Assembly (NCBI RefSeq): GCF_004010195.1
Contig: NC_057720.1
Location: forward strand, 35,573,847 to 35,620,821
Source of the DNA: Chiloscyllium plagiosum
Taxonomy: Eukaryota
Reading direction: 5' to 3'
Length of the DNA: 46,975 bases
A program made the position numbers and the translations under genes. Positions within the stretch are counted from its first letter, which is position 1, and every line of letters begins with the position of its first letter. Positions 37,578 through 46,975 of this stretch are shown here, piece by piece. The notes beneath the pieces were generated by a model, which saw nothing but the letters and a program-made list of their open reading frames with translations, did no database searches and was not told where the DNA came from.

Positions 37578-37670
37578 ATTCTGACAGAGTCACTCACCTG
37601 AAATGTTAATTTTGTTTCTTTTTTTCATAGAGATTGTTTGAGCTGCGAAGTAATTACAACACTAATTTTT
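37578..37670 (+). mobile_element. Old, degenerate PLE-tail-like cassette with hammerhead remnant
   Basis: tCTGAcaGAgtcactcacctGAAAtgTTaattttgtttct followed by a decayed gatgctgcc..gacctgctg-like block. Confidence 0.4.
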
Positions 37671-37974
37671 TTAACTATGGAATCTTTCCAGTCTAAATTC
37701 GACTGTGCACAGATTGATCAATTCTGGTAAAGGAGAGAACAGTGGGGGTGAAATACAAATTGAACAAACCAAATGTTAAGCATAATTCAACCTGTGACTA
37801 CTTGTTATAGTGCTTTCAGTTTCAAATGAATATAATGATAAAATATTAAACTCAAAATAAAGTTAAATGGCTTATATTATTGCATGCTCTTCAACTGGAG
37901 ATGTTCATTTCTCTATCTGTTACACTTCTCTTTTTTTTTCATATCATCTTTCTTTTCAAACGTTTACCTAAAAG

Positions 37975-38200
37975 GGGAGGTGTAGCTTACTGGGTTAGTA
38001 ATCCAGGGACCTCAGACTAATGGTCTAAGGGCATGAATTCAAAGCCCACCTTGGCAGATGGCAAAATTTGAATTCAATAAAAATGAGGAAAAGATGGCCT
38101 CAACCACACAACCTTGTCAATTGTTATAAAAACACATCTGGTTCACTAATATCCTTTAGGAAAGGAAATTCTGTCATCTTTGTCTGGTGTACATGTGACT
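37975..38200 (+). mobile_element. tRNA-derived SINE (3' truncated)
   Basis: tRNA-like head (gtgtagcttactgg...atgaattcaaagccc as a B-box remnant) followed by the body catctggttcactaatatcctttaggaaaggaaatt. Confidence 0.6.
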
Positions 38201-38204
38201 GATA

Positions 38205-38345
38205 TTCTTCATCTCTGGTACAATCCTTGTAAATTTTTTCTGCACTCTTTCCAAAACCTTGCTATCCATGCTGAAATGTGCTGCTCAGGTTTGGACACAG
38301 CTCCCCGGTTGAGGCTGAATCAGTGATATCTAAAATTTTATCCTA
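38205..38345 (-). mobile_element. Short CR1 fragment
   Basis: caatccttgtaaattttttctgcactctttcca parallels 21333-21365 (cacccttgtaaatattttttgccccctctcca). Confidence 0.55.
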
Positions 38346-38949
38346 TTTGACTTGTTTTTATATTGAGTGTGTCAATTTTACAAAGCATTATCTATTACAA
38401 GCTTTTTTTAGTCAAATTCTCAAATTGCCCCCTTGCCTTCAGAACAAATACCCAACTGATATCTTTGTTTCTGCACCATCTTTTGAATTGTACCCTTTAC
38501 TTTATCTTTCCTACCTTTCTATCCACACTTTATTACTACACAATTCTCTGCATTACATTATAACTGTTAGATCTAAGTTACACTAAGTTAGATTAGCCAA
38601 TGGCTCTTTTCTAGCTTCTAGTTTTATATTGTTACTGCACAGATATCAAAAAAATACTGATTGAAGTTCTCCTCATTTTATGCCATTAGAAATACCAATG
38701 ATTACGTCAGAAATAAAAGTTTCTTTTCTGACATTCTTTAAATTCCTTCTCCTGTTACAAGCATTTTAACAGTACTGATAAATTCATCCATGGGGCTTTT
38801 CATCTTCCATTAACAACCAAACATCGAGCTAATAATTTCATGAATTCTCAAATACTTGAAAATCTTTATAAACTACATAAAATAAAGTGGTAATAATAAT
38901 TAGTAATAGTAAAGGAAAATGAGCTAATATTATTATAATATGAATTGGA

Positions 38950-39421
38950 AACTTGTTCAGAAAAGATTTACAAGGTTTGAGCTATAGGGAGAGGTTGAAT
39001 AGGCTAGGGCTGTTTTCCCTGGAGCGTCAGAGGCTGAGGGATGACCTTTTATAGAGGTTTATAAAATCATGAGGGCCATGGATAGGACAAATAGACAAAG
39101 TCTCTTCCCTGGGGTGGGGGGAGTCCAGAACTAGAAGGCATAGATTTAGGGTGAGGGGAAAGATATAAAAGAGACCTAAGGAGCAACTTTTTCACGCAGA
39201 GGGTGGTACGTGTATGAAATGAGCTGCCAGAGGAAGTGGTGGAGGCTAGTACAATTGCAACATTTAAAAGGCATCTGGATGGATATATGAATAGGAAGGG
39301 TTTGGAGGGATATGGTCCGGGTGCTAGCAAGTGGGACTAGATTGGGTTGGGATATCTGGTCGGCATGGACGAGTTGGATCGAAGGGTCTGTTTCCATGCT
39401 GTACATCTCTATGACTCTATG
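38950..39421 (+). mobile_element. CR1 LINE 3' fragment, relatively young
   Basis: LSYRERLNRLGLFSLERQRLR...RSNFFTQRVVRV*NELPEEVVEASTIATFKRHLDGYMNRKGLEGYGP. Ends gtctgtttccatgctgtacatctctatgactctatg. Confidence 0.9.
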
Positions 39422-40039
39422 GCAGAATCATTTATGCTGCACTTGAATGCCTGGATTTTAAACTGGCCAGACAGTCACTGTGCCAGTGTAGATAGGATTT
39501 GCACATGAGGATCCTGTGGAATCCCAATCATGCTCCAAAAGAATTGATGGGGAAATCAAATTTTCCACTAGGCGAATCCCCTAAGCCTGGAACTTTCTGA
39601 AAGTCTCCATTTAAATTGGAGACGTCAGAGGATTCCGATGAAATTAAGTATAATATTTACTCAGGAAAAGTTAAATTATGACATACATAGTCTATCTTTC
39701 AGATAACTATTAAAGTGAATCCACGCTTATGCACAATTACACCCAATGCCAACCCCATCACCACCACAGGACCCAACTTGACATCTTCCACATTGCACCC
39801 AGGTGTCCTAAGCCTCTTTCCCAGTCCCACTGTTGGACCCAGCCTCACATGCAAACCCCCTGCTACTCAACCCAACCAAACTCTTTACCCCGCTAGACCC
39901 AGACTGACACAGCAACCACCACTGGACCTGAACCTTGACCCAGCTGTTGGGCCCAAATCTGTAACCCATCCTTCCTGACCCATGCCACATCTGATTTGTA
40001 ATCATCCATCCCAACATATCTAAATAATGCATCATTTAC

Positions 40040-40390
40040 TTTACACCCTGGTACCCTACCCACATGGCACTCTACCCCCTACTTATCTGAAACCATACCA
40101 TTGCTCATCTGGCATCCTATCTCTGTCACCGTATTCCGTCACTAACTTTACCAACTAGCTCTCTACTTCTCAGTTGGCACTCTGTAATTAGCAGCCTTAC
40201 CACCTATCCATATGGCATCCTACCCATGGCATCCTACAACCTACCCTGCTGGCACCTTCCTATTCTGGCAAACTACCCACTTGGTGCACAATGCGCTTGG
40301 TATCCTACCCCAACACATCTGGCATCCTACCCCTGACACCCTACACCTTTCCCAAAGGGCAGCCTTCTCATCTGGCAGCCTACCCTCCCA
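40040..40390. repeat. Degenerate C-rich minisatellite (core TGGCAYCCTACCC)
   Basis: About ten irregularly spaced variants, e.g. tggtaccctaccc, tggcactctaccc, tggcatcctaccc, tggcatcctacaa, tggtatcctaccc, tgacaccctacac, tggcagcctaccc. Confidence 0.75.
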
Positions 40391-40849
40391 GCATGTTAAC
40401 AATTAACTTCCCTTATGCACTTGCAGTTTGACAGCGACTTTATATATCAGAATACAGCAAATGACTGCAGTGAAAAATGCGTGTGGTTTGCTTTCCTCTG
40501 ACAATACAACACCACAAAAGAGGGAACTCTGTATATAATCTTCTCTCAAAAGTGTGGATCTCCCTTCTTTTGTAAAAATGAAGGGATATACAGGCAGTCT
40601 GCATGAGATTACCATTCCTCGGAAAATCCATCTTAGTATTCTTTTCTGTGGAATTGGGAATAAGCAATCGACCAAGGTTTATGCTGCTGGTTCATTTGCT
40701 ATCATCCTGTTATGTGTTACAGGCAATAACAAATTCCATCCTAATATATGTTCTTAAATTCGGTTGTAACTAACTCCACATGATTCTTGTCCTAAACTAT
40801 TTACATTCAACAACAAAATGATACTTAATTTGAAAAACAGAAGTCTATT

Positions 40850-41495
40850 AATAAATTGAATGTTGGCCACTATTGCAAGAGTACTGGAGTATAAAAGTTG
40901 GGAAGTTTTTTTACTGCAGCCAAACAGGTCTCAGTGAGACCACATCTGGGTTAGTGTGTGCAGTTTTGATCTCCTTATTTGATGAGTGATATAATTGTGT
41001 TAGAAGCAGTTCAGAGAAAGTTCACTCAACTCATTCCCGAGGTGAAGGGCTTATCTTATGAAAAGGTTTGTATGCTCATTGCAATTTAGAAACATGAGAG
41101 GTGATTTTATTGAAAAGTATAATATCTTAAAGTGACTTGATGGGGTGGAAAAAGGGAGGATGTTTCATTTTGCTGAGGAGATTAGAATCAGTGACACAGT
41201 TTAGGCATAAGGAGTTTCACTATAAAATAGCGATGTGGATACATTTCTCTCAAGTTATTAGTCTTTAGAATTCTATTATTCATAAAGCAAGGAAGTCTTG
41301 ATCATTAAATTTATTTGAGGCTGAGTTAGATTTTTGATAGACAAGAGCAAGAAGGGTTAGGGAGACGGACAGGAAAACATGAAAGTGAAGTTGAAATCCA
41401 AAATCAATTCAACCTTAACCTTATGTAATGATGGAGCATGTTGAAGAGCCAACTGGTGTCTTCATGCTCCCAGGCCTATATTGCTATGTATGCTA
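40850..41495 (+). mobile_element. Degenerate CR1 LINE 3' fragment
   Basis: gcaagagtactggagtataaaagt...gtgagaccacatctgg...gtgcagtttt...gaagcagttcagagaaagttcact parallels 20520-20670. Confidence 0.75.
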
Positions 41496-41614
41496 AGAAG
41501 AGAATTTTATAAACTGTTTTTAACTTGGGCACTATAGGTACAATCAGTGCACTGCTGAACCAAGAACTGCACGTTTGCTCTGATCACTATTTATCTTATG
41601 TTTTGTTGTGGCAG

Positions 41615-42085
41615 CAGACGCAGTGAGCATTCACATACCTTTGAGGAAAAAGTTCATGAATTCAAGCTATTTTCCAGGGATTTGGGCACAATCTAGGCTG
41701 ACATCTCTTTACTTTCCTTTGATTAGTAACATTGAAATTGTAGCTGCCTGATTAAGCAGTTGTTTAAAACGATCATGCAATTGGGGTTCTTTGAAGAACA
41801 GAAGGGGAATTCTTCCAGTGTTTTAGCCAATATTTATTCCTCAATCAACACCATAAAAAACAAATTAACTGGTTAACACATTTCTTGGTATTTTATTATA
41901 CTGCTTTTGGATAAATTGCTGTGTCCAAATTGGCTCCTGCATGTTCCTCTGAAACAACGTCCAAATTGGCTGCCGTATACTGTATGTCTATATAATACTA
42001 TTGATTTCTCTTCAAAAATAATTAATTGAAGCACTTTTGAATTGTCTCAGTGACATGAAAGGTGCTATATAAATGAAAGATCTTC
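41615..42085 (+). mobile_element. DeuSINE-like element (tRNA head, Deu-type central domain, L2-type tail)
   Basis: Head with B-box remnant (atgaattcaagct). Central gaagaacagaaggggaattcttccagtgttttagccaatatttattcctcaatcaac...ttgctgtgtccaaattggct. Tail gaaaggtgctatataaatg. The family assignment is from recalled consensus. Confidence 0.6.
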
Positions 42086-43303
42086 CTATATTTCGCGCTC
42101 CTTTTAAATAATTTATTCCTTTTTAGAAGGTTTCTATTTTGCATTTCCTTGAACAAAGAGCAGGTGAATTAGTGCCCTGATATATGGCCGACTGTTTAGC
42201 CAGTCATTCGAAGTATGCAAAAGCCCCAGTAATTGTTATTTCCTCCCTGTAGAAATCCACCTCCACTTGACATCTAACCTTCCCCATTACTGTGGCTAAG
42301 ACTGAGATTCAAAACTAGTAGTTTGGAGAATCATAAAAATAAACTTATCACCCTACCATTTAGCCCATTAAACAATTATTAGGTTAAAAAGCAGAGCTTT
42401 TGTTAAATGCTCCAAATGGTCTGCTGTTAGGTTGGCAATCTTATGTGTATTGAGTGATAATGAAGCTTATGCACAGTAAGCACTCAACATGTTATAACAA
42501 AAGATTGAATTACTTTACATTGTCCAGGGTTAATACATATTGGCAGAGGTTATTTTACATGCTACCGACAAGCTTCAAACATTTAACGTTCGAGGAATTT
42601 CATACCTTTGGAAGATGTGATCCTCTATTGAATTGCCCATGTTAGACTCAGTAGTAACTATAGAAATAATTATCAAAATAATCTTTGTAACAATCTTTCC
42701 TCTTGTACTTTAGGCTTTTACCTGCCCATCTAACGATCTATCACCCACATGGAAACCTCTTAGAAGTGTTTCATCTCTGTACCTGTTTTTGTGTGTGAAT
42801 CCATGCTGGCTCTTTGGTGTTTTGTTCACATCGAGATGTCAAGATTGTTTTGCTGGGTTTATTAGGTGTCTGCTGTCATACCGTTTGCTTTCCACTTCAT
42901 TAAACCTGTAGCAGAGTCTGATAGAGTTGTTGCAGGTGGGGTAGGGAGCTGGGTGCTCTGCAGGATATCAGCTCAACAGTTCAGTACAATGTATATATCC
43001 CACTTTCAAGTCAGCGTTTATTTTTAATGTAAAAGGTTTAACTCTTCAGTGGGCATCTTCTGTGGCAGATATTTTAGCACCACGTTTCACAATATACAAC
43101 TGATAATAGGGATGAGGTCTGCTTAAAGGAAATGCTAAACACCAAAGGGATATGTTTGTGCAGATTTTATTGCTATTGGTTATGTTATTTTAAAATTAAT
43201 AGTAGATACAGTTTCCAATTAATATCTGCAGAGCAGATCTGAAAGCCACTTATAAGGGATGATTCTAGTAATGAGACTTTTATTGACCCCAACTCAAGAC
43301 CAG

Positions 43304-43467
43304 GTGAAAGTGAGGACTGCAGATGCTGGAGATTAGAGTTGACTCTGGTGCTGGAAAAGCACAGCAGGTCAGGCAGCATCCGAGGAAGGGCTCTTGCCCG
43401 AAATGTCGATTCTCCTGCTCCTCTGATGCTGCCTGACCTGTTGTGCTTTTCCAGCACCACACTCTCA
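43304..43467. mobile_element. Head-to-head inverted pair of PLE-tail cassettes with 18-bp TSD
   Basis: Minus copy 43304-43386 is fused to plus copy 43387-43467. TSD ACCCCAACTCAAGACCAG (43286-43303) / ACCCCAATTCAAGATCAG (43468-43485). Confidence 0.9.
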
Positions 43468-45999
43468 ACCCCAATTCAAGATCAGCCTATATCTGGCCTT
43501 GTTTAAAGCGACACTGATTTTAGCTTGTGGTTCTGATTAGTTTATTGGAGGGAATGGAAGTCAGATTTGTTGAATTCATCCTCTTTTCTACCCACATAAA
43601 TGGGATATAACTAAAAAGTTCAGGTGATGTATAAACATTAATAGCAAGGCTTGTCTTCCTAAAGCCAAAGTCAGATTACAATCTCTTATTGCCCCTCCTC
43701 TCCATTAAACATATTAATAATAGTGTTACATGTTATTCTCATTGTTTGAGGTGCTCTTTGTTCATATGCAAGTGTCTGTAGTGTGCTTGTCCTCATACAT
43801 GTTTCAAAATGGTTTTACTGTCTTGTGATATCGACATAAGGGTATTAACGAGAATTATTGTGCAGTGGTTTACCAGGATTTAGCCTGTTCAGTGTATCTT
43901 ATAATGAAAGAACTGCTAGCTTATAGGAACAGTTAAGTCCAGTGTTGCAGCATTAAAGACATAGTTCTTGGTTCGTGTTGCAACTGATCTATTATGGGAT
44001 TAGCAGACCTAAGTGCTTCAAAGAAAAGCAGTTGTCTCGTTTGCATGTAGTTAACCAAGTACTGTGACCCTCTGTGATGAGAGCTGATTAGATTTTCTAT
44101 AAACAGATAAATTGGAAATTGTATGAATGCACTAGTTCTGCATAAATATCCTGCTATTGATGTTTAATACACCAAAATCCATATATTTAGGTTTATTAGC
44201 TTTACACCTTTTCTCTGTATAGACTGCATCAAAACTGGGATGATGAATTTTATGTTCAGATAATTTCAGATAATGTTCATGGCATCAGATTAGTCTGTTG
44301 AAGAAGCGGTGCCTTCATTTTAAAATGTGCATTGTTATAAAGAGGACACAAAATAAGTATTGAAGTTCATTTGTTTTTGTCATCAACCTCATTATCATTG
44401 TTTTAGTTATGAACAATGCACGTTAATGATCACAAGGTAAATAGTTGAATCAAAATACGAATGGGCAGCGGGATCAGTGGATGACAAAAGCCAGAAACTA
44501 TTGGTCTATTAATGCACATAACTATTCCTTCATTCTAAGTGGGTGAGTATCCTGGAATTCCATACCCTGTACCAATGTGAAGCATCATTGCCACAAGAAC
44601 TGAGATGGTTCATGCAACAGCTCGACCACAAGTTTCTTAGGCCAACTTCAGCCACGTCCAATGAAACAATTTCAAAAAAGGCGAATTTACAATTAAATTT
44701 AAATTACTCTCTTAAGTGCCAAGGTAACATCAAGCCATCTTTCTAGGGAGCCAGTCAACATCCAACGTGTCTCCCCCATCTTCATCCCTCCACACATTGC
44801 TTCTCTGCATCCTGCACACGTATAAATACACAAGTCTTCACCTGGATTTTCTGGATTCTTTAGGTATGCTGGTGCTCTAAATGCATCTCTATTGCTGTGG
44901 GTGCTGCCTATTGGACTCCAAATTATGGGACCTTCATTTCACCGTGAAAGCTCACTGAGGATCAGTAACATAGCCTCCTAAGAGATGTACTTTGGATCTT
45001 TAATTGAGATGTGCCTCACGTAGCTTTTCAGGATTATGCTTACCTCTTGGCTTTGAAGACTAATATGCTGAGCTACTTTACAGTTACCACTGGAGTATCA
45101 ACCAAAGCAGATGTACCACTTTGACATGAAAGTAATTATTCAATTCTTGAATACTTAACTGTTTCTAGTAGTTGCCTTTACATTAACTGCAAGTTTTTCT
45201 TTAAATGGATCATATATGGTTTGATTATTTACATCAATTTCTCTCTCTCCTGACCATAACATACCTTTCAGACTTTTCTGTTTTCTGTCTAGGAAATCAT
45301 CTACAGCCACACAACCCTGCCCAAATTCCCATGACTTTTGTATTTTGGATGACTGGGTTATTCTTTATTTCCCATTCCTTTTCATATTATGGAAGGTTAA
45401 TCATTCAGTGAAATGTTTCAGCACTCTTGAAAATTTTACCAAAACCGTTTTGTCTAATTTTGTTGCCTTCAAAAATCTCTTTCTTCTTGGCTGTGTTTTT
45501 GTCTCCTACTTTTATTACTGTGCAGCTCCCACTCTAAGATGATTTTTTTTGTCTGAGAAGTCCCTGATAAATGTAAGCTGTTAGGCTGATAGTGGTGTTA
45601 TAAGCATGAAAAAACTACACTGTTATTTGCTTTCTCTTTTTTTAATTCCATTACCATACTGTTTCAAGCTGTCATAACTTACTATGTCTCACCTTTAGAG
45701 AATTGAGTAAAACTTCTGAGCTATCTGCCTTTCATTTGTGAGGATAAGTCATGCACCTCAAATAAAATTATGGTTGGGAAACTCCTCAGAGACCCTTCAG
45801 CTGTGCGTAGCTCATTTGAAATCAAACAGTGAATATTTTACACGCACAACTAAGGTTTCTGCTGCATTTTCACCAAAATAGTAGAAACTCCTTGAGAATT
45901 TCCAGCTTCTGTAGTATTTTGCATAGTGATTGAACACTTTAAAACAAAGTCTAACATACATAATAAAGCACAGCAGTTCAGGCAACATCCGACAAAATC

Positions 46000-46027
46000 A
46001 ACGTTTTGGGCAAAAGCCCTTCATCAG
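46000..46027 (-). ncRNA. Hammerhead motif with G12>A core mutation
   Basis: Reverse complement CTGATGA-A-GGGC-TTTT-GCCC-aAAACGTT. Confidence 0.55.
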
Positions 46028-46524
46028 GAATAAAGGTAGAGAGCCTGAAACATGGAGAGATAAGCTAGAGGAGGGTGAGGGTCGGGAGAAAGTAGCATGG
46101 AGTACAATAGGTGAGTGGGGGAGGGGATGAAGGTGATAGGTCAGGGAGGAGGGTGGATTGAATAGGTGGAAAAGAAGATAGGTAGGTAGGACAAGTCATG
46201 GGGACAGTGCTGAGCTAGAAGTTTGGAACTAGGGTGAGGTGGGGGAAGGGAAATGAGGAAACTGTTGAAGTCCACATTGATACCCTGGGGTTGAAGTGTT
46301 CCGAGGCGGAAGATGAGGCGTTCTTCCTCCAGGCATCTGGTGGTGAGGGAGCAGCGATGAAGGAGGCCCAGGCCCTCCATGTCCTCGGCAGAGTGGGAGG
46401 GGGAGTTGAAATGTTGGGCCACAGGGCGGTGTGGTTGATTGTTGCAGGTGTCCCGGAGATGTCCCTAAAGCGATCTGCTAGGAGGTGTCCAGTCTCCCCA
46501 AAGTAGAGGAGACCACATCGGGGA

Positions 46525-46648
46525 GAAAGTGAGTCTGCAGATGCTGGAGATCAAAGTTGAAACTTTATTGCTGGAACAGCACAGCAGGTCAGGCAGCATC
46601 CAGGGAACAGGAGATTCGACGTTTCGGGCACAGGCCCTTCTTCAGGAA
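46525..46648 (-). mobile_element. Solo 124-bp PLE-tail cassette inserted in the GIY-YIG region, 16-bp perfect TSD
   Basis: GAGACCACATCGGGAG at 46509-46524 and 46649-46664 flanks a cassette homologous to 22432-22562. Confidence 0.92.
46615..46648 (-). ncRNA. Intact minimal type-I hammerhead ribozyme
   Basis: Reverse complement ttc-CTGAAGA-A-GGGC-CTGT-GCCC-GAAA-CG-TC-gaa: full core, 4-bp stem II, ACGT palindrome in place of stem III, GUC cleavage triplet, TTC/GAA stem I. Confidence 0.82.
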
Positions 46649-46975
46649 GAGACCACATCGGGAGCAATGGATGCAATAAATGATATTGGTGGATGTGCAG
46701 GAAAAACTTTGATGGATATGGAAGGCTCCTTTAGGGCCTTGGATGGAGGTGAGGGAGGAGGTGTGGGCGCAGGTTTTACAGTCGCTGCGGTGGCAGGGGA
46801 AGGTGCCAGGATGGGAGGGTGGTTTGTAGAGGGGGCGTGGACCTGACCAGGTAGTCATGGAGGGAACGGCCTTTGCGGAAGGCGGAAAGGGGTGGGGAGG
46901 GAAATATATCCCTGGTGGTGGGGTCTGTTTGGAGGTGGCGGAAATGTCGGCGTATGATTTGGTTATCAACCTTCA

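Larger units (their letters stand above)
45965..46966 (-). mobile_element. Penelope-like element 3' part (RT-EN linker, GIY-YIG endonuclease, tail with hammerhead)
   Basis: PCHRSDCKTC...FSCTSTNIIYCIHCSRCGL | (LYFGETG)...AQHFNSPSHS...EEERLIFRLGTLQPQGIN (GIY-YIG, interrupted at 46525-46648). The tail matches 25772-25950. Confidence 0.93.

Noticed and set aside
29045..41700. tRNA-like A/B boxes at ~29200-29250, ~37980-38050 and ~41620-41670
   Set aside because: No cloverleaf can be formed; these are decayed SINE heads, not tRNA genes.
20056..43474. Recurring peptides MPETSILLLLGC / MLPDLL / MVLEKHNRSGS in several ORFs
   Set aside because: They are translations of the non-coding PLE tail repeat, not a signal-peptide gene family.

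Overview
This is eukaryotic, repeat-dense, apparently non-genic (intronic or intergenic) vertebrate DNA with four assembly gaps. The repeat repertoire points to a cartilaginous fish (shark), which is an inference. I find no supportable host protein-coding gene. Almost all longer ORFs are transposon remnants, antisense shadows of them, or N-gap artefacts. Content: (i) four Penelope-like element (PLE) copies, three with visible RT and/or GIY-YIG coding sequence; (ii) eight copies, plus one degenerate candidate, of a minimal type-I hammerhead ribozyme motif (CTGANGA-AGGGC-N4-GCCC-GAAAC-GTC), found in PLE 3' tails and in solo 90-165 bp cassettes, several with target-site duplications or inverted head-to-head structure; (iii) many CR1, L2 and RTE LINE fragments, including a multi-layer nested insertion at 17.9-21.8 kb; (iv) a decayed Ty3/Gypsy gag-protease relic; (v) tRNA-derived SINEs including a DeuSINE-like copy, and two Tc1/mariner-type MITE copies; (vi) two repeat-poor, motif-rich stretches that look like conserved enhancers. 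The most interesting signal is the short, apparently independently mobilised hammerhead cassette.
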